A stretch of DNA of 64,000 nucleotides from Patescibacteria group bacterium (GTDB lineage Bacteria; Patescibacteriota; Doudnabacteria; UBA920). The notes below the pieces were generated by a model, which saw only the letters and a list, made by a program, of their open reading frames with translations, was not told where the DNA came from and did no database searches. The DNA is taken from NCBI GenBank assembly GCA_013387205.1, contig WARV01000019.1:3642-67641 (forward strand), read 5' to 3'. The position numbers were made by a program, and so were the translations under genes. How positions within the stretch are numbered: position 1 is the stretch's first letter; each line of letters begins with the position of its first letter. Shown here piece after piece: positions 16,912 through 26,480 of this stretch.

Positions 16912-18264
16912 ATGAACAACCAACAACTTTGGCAAGCTATCTTGGGAAGCCTGGAAGTATCACTAAGCAAAGCTAATTTTAACACTTGGTTTAAAAACAC
17001 CTCAATTGTAGAAAAAGGTGGGGATTTTATTATTGTCGGCGTCCCCAGCGCCTTTAACCGGGACTGGATCGCGGCAAAATACCACCAGGAAATGCTCAAA
17101 GCGTTAAAAACGCTGGCACCGGAAATTAAAGAAATAAAATACCAACTTGGAAACACTCCTTCGCCAGCACCCCAAAACACTCTTTCGCGCAATTCAGCCA
17201 AGCAGGAAGCCGTGAATTACAGCTATAAAGAAGTCCAGACCCTGCCAAATTCAGGCTTGAACCCCAAATACACTTTTGAAACCTTAATTATCGGGAAAAA
17301 TAACGAACTGGCGCACGCTGCCGCAATCGCTGTGGCAAAAAACCCAGGGGCCCAATATAACCCTTTGTTTATTTATGGGGGTGTTGGGCTTGGAAAAACC
17401 CACTTAATGCACGCGGTTGGCCACAAACTTCTGCAAAACAGCTATAAAAAGATTTTATACGTTACCAGCGAAAAATTCACCAACGATTACATAAACGCCA
17501 TCAGCCAAAAGAGGATGGAGGATTTTAAAAAGATCTACCGGGAAGTGGATGCGCTTTTGATTGACGACATCCAGTTTTTGGCCGGCAAAGAAGGGACACA
17601 GGAAGAATTTTTTCACACCTTCAATGAATTAAGGGATAAAGGAAAGCAGATAATTATAACTTCTGACAGGCCGCCAAAAGAAATCCCGGCTATTGAACAA
17701 AGGCTAATCTCCAGGTTTGAATGGGGGATGATAGCTGATATCCAGGCCCCGGATTTGGAAACCAGGATGGCGATTTTGCGCACCAAAATGGAAAAGCGGG
17801 GAGTGATGATTTCTGAAGAAATCCTGTTTTATATTGCGGAAAATATCCAAAGCAATGTCAGAGAATTAGAAGGTGCGCTTAACAGGCTGGCGGTTTACCA
17901 GCAAATGGAAAATAAAGGATTAATGCTCGAGCAGGCCAAAAGCATCCTTGCCAGTATTATCGGGGTAAAAAAGCGTGTGACTTCCATTAAGAAAATCGCC
18001 GAATCAGTCGCGGAGTTTTACAACATCACTGTAGACGACTTGCTTAAACAGTCGCGAAAAAAAGAATTTGTTAAACCCAGACAGATTGCCATGTATTTAA
18101 TCAGGAAAGAATTGGATAATTCTTTCCCTTCAATCGGGGAGTTTTTCGGCGGCCGCGACCACACCACCGTCATGCACGCTGTGGAGAAAGTGGAAAACAT
18201 GATTAGTGAAAAGGATAATTTTAAACAAGAAGTGGATTTAATTCTGGATAAGTTGTTTATATAA
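16912..18264 (+). CDS. dnaA: Chromosomal replication initiator
   Basis: YGGVGLGKTHL, LIDDIQF, RELEGA, GGRDHTTVMH. Confidence 0.98.
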   Translation: MNNQQLWQAILGSLEVSLSKANFNTWFKNTSIVEKGGDFIIVGVPSAFNRDWIAAKYHQEMLKALKTLAPEIKEIKYQLGNTPSPAPQNTLSRNSAKQEAVNYSYKEVQTLPNSGLNPKYTFETLIIGKNNELAHAAAIAVAKNPGAQYNPLFIYGGVGLGKTHLMHAVGHKLLQNSYKKILYVTSEKFTNDYINAISQKRMEDFKKIYREVDALLIDDIQFLAGKEGTQEEFFHTFNELRDKGKQIIITSDRPPKEIPAIEQRLISRFEWGMIADIQAPDLETRMAILRTKMEKRGVMISEEILFYIAENIQSNVRELEGALNRLAVYQQMENKGLMLEQAKSILASIIGVKKRVTSIKKIAESVAEFYNITVDDLLKQSRKKEFVKPRQIAMYLIRKELDNSFPSIGEFFGGRDHTTVMHAVEKVENMISEKDNFKQEVDLILDKLFI

Positions 18265-18517
18265 AGCTGGTGGTTTGTGGAAATTTTTAGTTTTGGATTT
18301 TTGGTTGGTGTTTGTGTTATAGTTACCAACTTAATAAACACATTGGTTTTAATAATAAATCCACAACTGAAAATTTCAAATATTGTTGATTTTATTACTG
18401 AATCAAACACCATCCACAAATCAACAAGTATTATTATAATTACTGATTATATAAATATATTTATATTAATAAAGAACAATAAGGCTTGAAAAAATTTCAA
18501 GCCAAAAGGCAAGGTTT
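18265..18517. promoter_or_regulatory. oriC part 2 (dnaA-dnaN gap) with degenerate DnaA boxes and AT-rich unwinding segment
   Basis: TGTGGAAAT 18276, AAATCCACA 18357, CCATCCACA 18410, very AT-rich 18430-18480. Confidence 0.7.
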
Positions 18518-19618
18518 ATGAAAGTAATATGCACCCAAGAAAATTTAAAATCCGGACTGGCCGCGGTGGGAAGAATAATTTCCTCTAACAGCAGTTTGCC
18601 GATTTTAAACAACATATTAATCAAAACCGAAAACGGGCTGCTTAAAATTTCTTCAACAAACCTGGAGATAGCCATTACCACACATATTAGATGCAAGGTT
18701 GAAGAAGAAGGTGAGACAACAGTGTTATCCAAAACAATAACCGATTTAATAAACAACCTGCCTAATAAAAACGTAGTTTTAACTGCAAAAGGCCCACAAA
18801 TGGATATTGAGGCGGAAAACTACCACACATCCATTAAAACACTTCCTGCCGAAGAGTTCCCATTAATCCCCAGTGTGGAAAATTCAGAAACTATATTAAT
18901 AGATTCCCAAAAAATAAAAGAAGCTATGGATCAGGTTGCTTTTGCGGCGTCAACCAACCAAACCCAGCCGGAAATTTCAGGAATCTTATTCAGCATTACC
19001 GGTGATGAAATGAAGGTTGTGGCTACTGACAGGTATAGGCTAGCGGAAAAAAAGACTAAGCTTTTAGAAAAACCCCACAAATCTTACGAGGTGATAGTTC
19101 CGCACAAAACCATCCAGGAATTATCAAGAATAATCGGCAGTCAAAAAGGTGTTGTGAATATGGTGTTCAGTGAAACCCAGGTGTCCATGTTCTTTAATGA
19201 CACGCAAATCATAAGCAGGTTGGTAGACGGCCAGTATCCGCCATACCAACAAATCATACCAACCGAGTTTATAACAACGGTTGTTGCCGATAAACAGGCG
19301 TTTATAAATGCCTTAAGGGCTGGAGGGGTGTTTAGCCAAGGAAGTAATAGTGTTAATTTAAGCTATGACAGCCAGAAGCAGATATTGACAGTGACATCTG
19401 AATCAAACGAGCTTGGTAAAAGCGTGGTGGAAGTACCGTCGCAGATCAAGGGGGACGCGGGAAGTTTGATACTTAACTACCATTACATCATTGATTGCCT
19501 GCAGAGCATTGAAACCCCGCAGGTAAAAATGGAAATTATAGACGACAGTTCTCCAAGCCTGATAGTGCCGATAGGTAAAAATGATTATACTTATTTAGTA
19601 ATGCCGATTAAAAGTTAA
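18518..19618 (+). CDS. dnaN: DNA polymerase III beta clamp
   Basis: STNLE, ATDRYRL, YLVMPIK. Confidence 0.97.
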   Translation: MKVICTQENLKSGLAAVGRIISSNSSLPILNNILIKTENGLLKISSTNLEIAITTHIRCKVEEEGETTVLSKTITDLINNLPNKNVVLTAKGPQMDIEAENYHTSIKTLPAEEFPLIPSVENSETILIDSQKIKEAMDQVAFAASTNQTQPEISGILFSITGDEMKVVATDRYRLAEKKTKLLEKPHKSYEVIVPHKTIQELSRIIGSQKGVVNMVFSETQVSMFFNDTQIISRLVDGQYPPYQQIIPTEFITTVVADKQAFINALRAGGVFSQGSNSVNLSYDSQKQILTVTSESNELGKSVVEVPSQIKGDAGSLILNYHYIIDCLQSIETPQVKMEIIDDSSPSLIVPIGKNDYTYLVMPIKS

Positions 19619-19625
19619 ACAATAA

Positions 19626-19718
19626 TATAATCCGAATTATCCGAATATTGCAATCCAAATGCCCCGAATAGGGAACATTTGGGGTATTCGGGTAGTAATT
19701 CGGAGTATTAGGATTATA
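19626..19718 (+). repeat. Family A element, copy 3
   Basis: ataatccgaattatccgaat...ttaggattata. Confidence 0.9.
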
Positions 19719-19722
19719 CTTC

Positions 19723-20808
19723 ATGAAAATAAGAAACATCCAAATTAAAAACTTCCGCAATTATCCAAGCTTAAACATAAGCATTAATAATGACGTGGTG
19801 GTTTTAAGCGGGCCAAACGCGGTTGGAAAAACCAACCTACTTGAATCCGTATATTTCGCCTCGTTATTTAAATCGTTCAGGGACGACACGGAATTCATCT
19901 TTTTGAAGGGCTGCGACAGTCTGGAATTGAAAATGACCGTTGAAAAAGAAGATGAAGAACATTTGCTGGAAGTTTTCTTGGAAAAAAGGGATAAGGTTTA
20001 TGCAAATTTCCTGATTGACGGAGTTAAAAAGAAGCGTAAAGAAGCACAGGGGTTTATGAGTGTTGTTATTTTCGACCCGACTGACGTGGATATGTTCAGT
20101 AAATCCCCGGATTCCAGAAGAAAATATTTGAACATGGTTTTGTCCCAGAAAAACTTAAACTACCTGGACGCTTTGGCAAATTATAAAAAAGCGTTATTCC
20201 AAAAAAACAAACTCCTTGCTGACATTAGAGCAGGAAGGGTGCAGAACACCGGCCTGGAAGAATGGAACGAGCAGCTTGTATCTTTTGGCAGCCAGATAAT
20301 TTTAGAAAGAAAGAAATTCATTAATTACCTGAATAACAGTATTGCGGATGTTTATACCACGATTTCCGGGTTCCATAGGCCGGTAGAAGTGTCTTACGAG
20401 ACATTGCCGGGAGATATTTTGGAAGAAATCCAGGACAGTTTCAGGCAGAAACTTGAAGCCTTAAAGAGTAAAGAAGCGATTTTAGCCAATTGCCTTGTCG
20501 GACCCCATCGAGACGACTTTTTCCTTAAGAGCGAAGGCTTGTTCTTGTCTCCATTTTCTTCCAGGGGAGAACTAAGGAGCCAGGTGTTGGCTTTAAAAGT
20601 CCTGGAGCTTGAATACTTAAGCAGGGAAAACAACAAGCCGATTCTGCTGCTTGATGATGTTTTGTCCGAGTTGGATGAAACCAGAAGGACCTTTTTACTG
20701 AAATATTTGCAAGGGAAATTCCAGACGTTTATAACCACCACACATCCTTTGGAAATGCCGGCACAGCACATCACCTTGACGCCGGCAACCCAGGAAGAAG
20801 AAGCTTGA
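19723..20808 (+). CDS. recF: DNA replication/repair protein RecF
   Basis: GPNAVGKTN, GPHRDD, LLLDDVLSELD. Confidence 0.95.
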   Translation: MKIRNIQIKNFRNYPSLNISINNDVVVLSGPNAVGKTNLLESVYFASLFKSFRDDTEFIFLKGCDSLELKMTVEKEDEEHLLEVFLEKRDKVYANFLIDGVKKKRKEAQGFMSVVIFDPTDVDMFSKSPDSRRKYLNMVLSQKNLNYLDALANYKKALFQKNKLLADIRAGRVQNTGLEEWNEQLVSFGSQIILERKKFINYLNNSIADVYTTISGFHRPVEVSYETLPGDILEEIQDSFRQKLEALKSKEAILANCLVGPHRDDFFLKSEGLFLSPFSSRGELRSQVLALKVLELEYLSRENNKPILLLDDVLSELDETRRTFLLKYLQGKFQTFITTTHPLEMPAQHITLTPATQEEEA

Positions 20809-20810
20809 TA

Positions 20811-20935
20811 TCTACTAAATACTAAAAGGTACTAAATGTACTAAATATCATCAAATAGACTTAATTGATATCAGTACTGGTATATTACTTTAGTACCTTT
20901 CGTATATTTTAGTATTTAGTAGAAGAATTAGTAGA
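20811..20935 (+). repeat. Family B element, copy 2
   Basis: tctactaaatactaaaaggtactaaa...tttagtacctttcgta..tttagtatttagtaga. Confidence 0.8.
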
Positions 20936-20943
20936 AAAACAAA

Positions 20944-21246
20944 ATGTACAAAAATTATTCTAAAATTGATAAGATTTTATCACTCGCTGCCAAACAATAT
21001 AAGCTTGAGCCTGCTTTGCACAAATACCAGGCAAGTAAACATTGGGAAAGCGTGCTGGTTGGATTTTTCAGCGAGGGCTCAAAAGGTAAAACCAAAGTAA
21101 TTGATTTAAAAGACGGCTTATTGGTAGTGGCCTGCCTTTGCAGGGATTTGGCTTACCAGATAAAATTATTGGCGCAAAAGATAATTCAGGCTTTAAACGA
21201 ATTGGTTGGTAGGAAGATAGTGTTTGCAATAAAAATAGAGTACTAA
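20944..21246 (+). CDS. DUF721 / DciA-like helicase loader
   Basis: W..V..G..L.V.....A.QI......I...LN pattern, position after recF. Confidence 0.7.
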   Translation: MYKNYSKIDKILSLAAKQYKLEPALHKYQASKHWESVLVGFFSEGSKGKTKVIDLKDGLLVVACLCRDLAYQIKLLAQKIIQALNELVGRKIVFAIKIEY

Positions 21247-21251
21247 ACAAA

Positions 21252-21285
21252 ACTACGATAAATGACGGCCGTCATTTATCGTAGT
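21252..21285. repeat. ACGGCCGT-centred perfect palindrome (34 bp)
   Basis: actacgataaatgacgg|ccgtcatttatcgtagt. Confidence 0.95.
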
Positions 21286-21293
21286 ATATTAAT

Positions 21294-22022
21294 ATGTCGT
21301 ATTTTTTAAGCGGACAAAAATTACAGGCAGACAAGGAATATAAATTAGAAGGCGAAGAAGCCGGGCATGTTTTGCTTTCACGCCGTATTAAAAAAGGGGA
21401 GAAGGTGAACCTGCAAGGAGTCGATGAAAAAAGATATCTTGTCGAAGTGGTGCAGGTGGGGAAAAAAGATTTAGTTGTTAATGTCTTGGAAGAAATTCCG
21501 ACGCCGCAAGAGTTAAAAGCTGAACTGGTGTTATTGCAGTCAGCGGTTTCGGAAAAAGCTTTGGATTTTATTTTTCAAAAAAGCACGGAGTTGCAAGCGT
21601 CAAAAATTATTTTGTTCAATTCCCAAAACACTGCCACCAGGCTCACAAAGGAGCAGTTTGAAAAGAAATACCAGCGCTGGAATAAAATCCTTTGGGAGGC
21701 GGCAAAACAATCTGACCGCGTCCGTCCTCCAAAGCTGGAGTTTTTGGAAGGAGTTAGAGAAGTTTTGTCTGCGGCGTCAGGTTTTAATAAATTTATCCTG
21801 TTAGATCCGGAAGGTGATAGTTTTCGAAATTCAAAATTTGAAATTCAAAATTCCAATTCCTTCGGGATCGTCATTGGTCCCGAAGGCGGTTTTACCAGCC
21901 AGGAAGTTAGTCAATTCAAGAAATTGCCCAATTGCCAATTAGTATCTCTAGGTCCCATTCTCCTGCGCGCCGAAACCGCAGCCATTGCCAGTTTGGCAAT
22001 ATGCAAAACAATTCTTGAATAA
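21294..22022 (+). CDS. rsmE: 16S rRNA m3U1498 methyltransferase
   Basis: EAAKQS, IGPEGGF, LGPILLRAETA. Confidence 0.95.
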   Translation: MSYFLSGQKLQADKEYKLEGEEAGHVLLSRRIKKGEKVNLQGVDEKRYLVEVVQVGKKDLVVNVLEEIPTPQELKAELVLLQSAVSEKALDFIFQKSTELQASKIILFNSQNTATRLTKEQFEKKYQRWNKILWEAAKQSDRVRPPKLEFLEGVREVLSAASGFNKFILLDPEGDSFRNSKFEIQNSNSFGIVIGPEGGFTSQEVSQFKKLPNCQLVSLGPILLRAETAAIASLAICKTILE

Positions 22023-22049
22023 TTACAAAACAATCTTATCAGGTGTTTT

Positions 22050-22079
22050 AAATGGCTCAACCGTACGGTTGAGCCATTT
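22050..22079. repeat. Palindrome family ATGGCTCAACC..GGTTGAGCCAT, copy 1 (others 41084-41113, 53320-53348, 56296-56329)
   Basis: aaatggctcaaccgt|acggttgagccattt perfect 30 bp. Confidence 0.9.
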
Positions 22080-22080
22080 T

Positions 22081-22530
22081 TTATCTTGCTTTTTCCAGCT
22101 TGGCTTCTTTAACTTTTTTTACTAATTCGCTTGAACTTTGGATCTTGCCACTTTTTCCTATATTGTAAACCATTTCAATTCCAAGCTTTTCACAAACCAT
22201 TACTTCCGGCACCGGGTCGCCGTCCGGTTTTCTGTCACCGCCGTTGGCAAAGACATCAGGTTTTAAAATTTCAAGCTCAGCGCTGACCGACATATCCTTA
22301 GGCTCTTCCGCGTGGTTGGTAATTAAAACCTCGTCAACATACTTAATAGCTTCAATTACCGCCTTGCGCTCCTTTTCATTCATGAACGCAAAGCCTTTTT
22401 TCTTTTTCAACCAGTTATCGTTATTTAAAATGACTACCAAGCGATCCCCTAACTCTTTAGCTTCCTTCATCATCTCGATATGGCCGATGTGTACCGGATC
22501 AAAGCCTCCGGAAATTGCGATTATTTTCAT
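22081..22530 (-). CDS. Cytidylyltransferase-family nucleotidyltransferase
   Basis: SGGFDPVHIGH, PDVFANGGDR, QSSS; start ATG 22530 (upstream extension is repeat DNA). Confidence 0.9.
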   Translation of the reverse strand: MKIIAISGGFDPVHIGHIEMMKEAKELGDRLVVILNNDNWLKKKKGFAFMNEKERKAVIEAIKYVDEVLITNHAEEPKDMSVSAELEILKPDVFANGGDRKPDGDPVPEVMVCEKLGIEMVYNIGKSGKIQSSSELVKKVKEAKLEKAR

Positions 22531-22533
22531 ATA

Positions 22534-22615
22534 TGTAATCCTAATGCCCCGAATTAGCATCCAATGTCCCAATAATATCCCTAAATTATTCGGGTCATTT
22601 GGATAATATTCAGGG
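22534..22615 (-). repeat. Family A element, copy 4
   Basis: tgtaatcctaatgccccgaat...attcgggtcatttggataatatt. Confidence 0.85.
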
Positions 22616-22671
22616 AAGATAACTGTTAGGTACAGCTTTTGACGTATCAGCAAACAAAAAATTGCTGTTTT

Positions 22672-23220
22672 TTAAACTTGTTTCCCTTCCTTGACGAAAT
22701 TGGAGTTCGATTCGTACAGGTCCAAAATAAGTTTTTCAATACTTGCCGGGTTGGGGACGTTGCAAAATTCAAATCTTTCCACTGTGCCTGCTGTCTGTAC
22801 GAACACTTCCCCGTAATTAAAAATAGTGCCTAAAATTCCCGTGGTTTGGCTGGTTACGTCCTCGATCTTATCGATATGCAGCTCGGATACGGTATGGGAG
22901 AAAAGTCCTACCTGGCTAATGTCCACAATGCGGATACTGGTGATGATCTGGATATTTAAATAATGGATGACCCAGATTAAAAACAGGCTTAATGCCAAAA
23001 ATAGGGTGTAGAGCTGGGTAAATAAGGTCGTGATTTGCCCGTAGCGGCCTTCGAACAGTAGGGGCAAGACTTCTTTCGCGTAGCGGTTAAACAAAATCAG
23101 GGCAGCGGCAAAGAACAGCCAGACAACCAGTTTTAGGGATAAATAAACCCAATGTTCGCGGACTACCAAATAAATGGTTTCGTCGGATAATTGGCTGGGG
23201 AACAATCTTTTTGTGAGCAT
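22672..23220 (-). CDS. Membrane protein with bacterial PH domain
   Basis: Two TM helices then IT..RI.D..Q..LF, IEDVT, NYGEV.VQTAG. Confidence 0.8.
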   Translation of the reverse strand: MLTKRLFPSQLSDETIYLVVREHWVYLSLKLVVWLFFAAALILFNRYAKEVLPLLFEGRYGQITTLFTQLYTLFLALSLFLIWVIHYLNIQIITSIRIVDISQVGLFSHTVSELHIDKIEDVTSQTTGILGTIFNYGEVFVQTAGTVERFEFCNVPNPASIEKLILDLYESNSNFVKEGKQV

Positions 23221-23225
23221 GGGGT

Positions 23226-23435
23226 TTATAATATTGTTTTTAGGGTGGTATAGCTGTCAGCTAAAATTTTCAGGAAAAAAATGCTGTAAAACACGGCAAC
23301 AGAGAGCGATAACAGGGAATTTTTTCCATACCTTATTAAAGTATATAACCCAAACAGTGAGAAAAAAGTCAAAAAGCCGGCCAGTACATAATAAACACCG
23401 GCAATTAACAGGTTGGCGGGAGTAGAAAAGTCCAT
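23226..23435 (-). CDS. Small two-TM hypothetical protein
   Basis: Hydrophobic ORF; start taken at ATG 23435. Confidence 0.65.
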   Translation of the reverse strand: MDFSTPANLLIAGVYYVLAGFLTFFSLFGLYTLIRYGKNSLLSLSVAVFYSIFFLKILADSYTTLKTIL

Positions 23436-23543
23436 AAGTTTAATGAACAAAAATAATAAAAATTAAAAAAATGACAAAAATGTAAAAATCGCCGCTAAGC
23501 AAGTATTTTTGATCATTTTTGTCATTTTCGTCGTTTTTGTCAT

Positions 23544-24584
23544 TTATAATAATGTTTTTTGTTGCGCGGCTGGAGGAGTAAGTCCTAAATGCTTGTAAGC
23601 CGCTTCGGTGGCTTGTCTGCCTTTTGGTGTCCTGGATAATAATCCTGTTCGGATTAGAAACGGTTCGTGGACATCCGTGATAGTGTCTTCTTCCTCGCCG
23701 GTTGCAGCTGCCAGGGTAGAAAGCCCCACTGGCCCCCCGGAGAATTTGTTTACCAAAGCATCCAGGATGCGGCGGTCATTTTTATCCAAGCCTAAATTAT
23801 CAACTTCCAAAAGTTTCAGCGCTTCGTTCACTACATCTAAAGTAATTGTATCATGGCCGTGGACCTGGGCAAAATCCCTGACTCGCTTTAAAAGCCGGTT
23901 AGCAATGCGCGGGGTAAAGCGGCTGCGCTTGGCCAATTCCATGCTGGCAGAGTCTTCTATGGGTGCATTTAAAATTTTGGCCGAGCGACTGATTATTTTT
24001 TTTAATTCTTCAGCTGTGTAATATTCCAAACGGTACGTGGCGCCAAAGCGGTCTCGCAAAGGGGAAGAAATTAGGCCGATTCTGGTAGTGGCGCCAATGA
24101 GCGTAAATTTCGGCAAATCCATCCTAATGCTTCTGGCTCCGGGGCCCTTGCCCAAAACAATATCCAAAACATAATCTTCCATAGCCGGATACAAAACCTC
24201 TTCCACAACCTTATTTAAGCGGTGGATTTCATCCACGAATAAAACGTCGCCTTCGGCCAAATTGGTCAGTAGTGATGCCAAGTCTCCTGCCCTCTCAATT
24301 GCCGGACCGGATGTGACTTTAATATTTACGCCCATTTCCTTGGCCACAATGAATGCCAGCGTGGTTTTGCCCAGCCCAGGCGGCCCGTAAAACAGCAAGT
24401 GCTCGATGCGCTCTTTCCTTTTTTTTGCCGCTTCCATGACAATCTTTAAATTTTCCTTGACCGCGGTTTGGCCGACGTATTCGTCCAAAGACGACGGGCG
24501 GAGATTTTGTTCAATGACAATTTCTTCGTCATCCATGGAAGCGGAATCCAGCGGGGAAAGGTTTTCTTTTTTGGAGTCGATCAT
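23544..24584 (-). CDS. ruvB: Holliday junction helicase RuvB
   Basis: [24 protein letters not shown]. Confidence 0.98.
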   Translation of the reverse strand: MIDSKKENLSPLDSASMDDEEIVIEQNLRPSSLDEYVGQTAVKENLKIVMEAAKKRKERIEHLLFYGPPGLGKTTLAFIVAKEMGVNIKVTSGPAIERAGDLASLLTNLAEGDVLFVDEIHRLNKVVEEVLYPAMEDYVLDIVLGKGPGARSIRMDLPKFTLIGATTRIGLISSPLRDRFGATYRLEYYTAEELKKIISRSAKILNAPIEDSASMELAKRSRFTPRIANRLLKRVRDFAQVHGHDTITLDVVNEALKLLEVDNLGLDKNDRRILDALVNKFSGGPVGLSTLAAATGEEEDTITDVHEPFLIRTGLLSRTPKGRQATEAAYKHLGLTPPAAQQKTLL

Positions 24585-24589
24585 ATAAA

Positions 24590-24687
24590 TATAATCCTAA
24601 TGACCCGAATAATATCCGAATTATCCAAATGTGCCAAAAGGGAGTTTTCGGGTCATTAGGATGCCGATTCGGGGTATTCGGATTACA
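24590..24687 (-). repeat. Family A element, copy 5
   Basis: tataatcctaatgacccgaat...attcggattaca. Confidence 0.9.
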
Positions 24688-24692
24688 ATATC

Positions 24693-25892
24693 TTAATTAG
24701 TTTGTGAAGGAATTGGTGGTATAGCTGTCGGGGTTGTGGTGGAAACGAATTTTTCTTCCTTATGGAACAAGGCCGGCGGCTGGTAGATGGATTTAAACGT
24801 GGAAGTTGACGTCTCCCCGTCTTTGGTAACTACCCTGGTCCATAAGGCTTTCATGGATCCGTCTGTTTTTTTGTCATACTGGACCGGGTTTTCCAAAATG
24901 ACTTGCCTGCTGTCTTTGGTGCCGTAAAGTTCGAAAATCAATTTATACTTGTTTTCAAAATGCGGCCAGATAAGCAGATAGGACGGGGTGTCGTTTTTAA
25001 ATTTTAAATCCACTACTCCAGGGTAAATTGTCGCATCCGTGCCCTGGGGCGCGTAATATTGCACGGCGTAAGCGTGGTTGCGGCGCTCTCGTATGGGCAG
25101 GCCGGCTTGCATGGCCGCGCGAAAAACCGTGGATGACACTTGGCATAACCCGCCGCCGAATTCAGGTATGGTGCCTTCTTTTTTTATGACGAGCTCGGGC
25201 AAAAAACCATGTTTGCCGTCAACCGGCCCTAAATATTTATTAAAGCTGAATTCTTCGTTCGGCGCTACAATAATGCCTTTCATCCGTTCTACGCCGACTT
25301 CAATATTATGGATGCGGTTTTTTGGGCTGCCTGAAAAACTTGATTCGCCTTTGGCAACAAGTTCTTTTATTCCCAGTTCATTGGTGTCTGACAGCGTTGT
25401 TTGCGGGTGGGTTACATAAACCGGCAAGTCCATGGACTGCCTGCCTGAAGATAGGGCTGAGATGAGATTAAGGGAAGACTTGTAGATATCAACCTTAATT
25501 CCGTTTTGCGGCTGGATGAATTCCGTAGCAATGTTGTCCTTTATGGTCAGGCGCGGCTGGGTAACCGGCACGTCAATATTCTTTGCCGCCTCTTTCAAAT
25601 AGGAATAAACTTTATCCAGCCGGTACTGGTAGGTAATTATTTTTTCAGGCTTAACCTGCGGCTTGCCGAAAGACCTGAGCAGGGAAGCTTTTAAAGTCTC
25701 CTGGGTCGGGACAAAAATTTTACTTTGGCGGATTTTGGTTTGTCCCTTAAAAGAATTTACGGTTTCCTGGTCCAGCGTGATTTTTTGTTCCCCGTAAACC
25801 AAAGACATAGCCGGCTCACCGGCCGCTTTGATAACCTTTGGAGAGAAAGCCAAAAGTAACATGATAAGAATGGCAGCGTTTTTATGTCTCAT
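24693..25892 (-). CDS. VanW family protein
   Basis: RIHNI, FSFN, GGGLCQVSST, DLKFKN; signal peptide. Confidence 0.9.
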   Translation of the reverse strand: MRHKNAAILIMLLLAFSPKVIKAAGEPAMSLVYGEQKITLDQETVNSFKGQTKIRQSKIFVPTQETLKASLLRSFGKPQVKPEKIITYQYRLDKVYSYLKEAAKNIDVPVTQPRLTIKDNIATEFIQPQNGIKVDIYKSSLNLISALSSGRQSMDLPVYVTHPQTTLSDTNELGIKELVAKGESSFSGSPKNRIHNIEVGVERMKGIIVAPNEEFSFNKYLGPVDGKHGFLPELVIKKEGTIPEFGGGLCQVSSTVFRAAMQAGLPIRERRNHAYAVQYYAPQGTDATIYPGVVDLKFKNDTPSYLLIWPHFENKYKLIFELYGTKDSRQVILENPVQYDKKTDGSMKALWTRVVTKDGETSTSTFKSIYQPPALFHKEEKFVSTTTPTAIPPIPSQTN

Positions 25893-26302
25893 TAATGTTG
25901 GAATTCAATGATTCGGGTTTTTTTTGGAAGATGGCGCTTGATTTTATCAGCCCACTCAATGACTGTTACGGTGTCTTTTTTGCCCCAGAATTCGTGCAGT
26001 CCCAACTGATCGGCTTCGGCAAAACTTTTGGTCCTGTAAAGATCCAGATGGTAAAGCAGTATCGGTTTTTTTCCGCTTCCTGTTTTTGGCAGGCTGGCTT
26101 TGTAAAAATGCATTAAGGCAAAAGTCGGGCTGGGCATGTTTTTTTTAATTCCCAAACGCCTACCGAGCGCTTTTGTAAATGTGGTTTTGCCAGAGCCCAA
26201 GGGCCCGATTAAAGCCAAAACCTCGCCGCCTTTTAAGCCTTCGGCAACCTGCCTGGCAAAAGTCCTTGCATTTTTTAATTTAAGAATTTGATGCTTCTTC
26301 AT
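25892..26302 (-). CDS. tsaE: tRNA t6A biosynthesis ATPase TsaE
   Basis: GPLGSGKTTF, SPTF, HLDLYR, IEWAD. Confidence 0.95.
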   Translation of the reverse strand: MKKHQILKLKNARTFARQVAEGLKGGEVLALIGPLGSGKTTFTKALGRRLGIKKNMPSPTFALMHFYKASLPKTGSGKKPILLYHLDLYRTKSFAEADQLGLHEFWGKKDTVTVIEWADKIKRHLPKKTRIIEFQH

Positions 26303-26307
26303 AAAAC

Positions 26308-26412
26308 TAATGCGAATGATGCGAAATAGTATGCGAAAATCGCGAAATCTGCTGCAAACACTTTAATGTATTTTTCGCGTAATTCGCATAGCCTTTTGCG
26401 ATATTCGCATTA
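26308..26412. repeat. Tandem-inverted element with TGCGAA/TTCGCA units before tsaE
   Basis: taatgcgaatgatgcgaaatagtatgcgaaaatcgcgaaa...tttcgcgtaattcgcata..attcgcatta. Confidence 0.8.
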
Positions 26413-26480
26413 TATATATTATTTTACCCGGATTGACGGATTAAGTAAAATTTTATATACTTTGGAATCGGACCCTTTAT

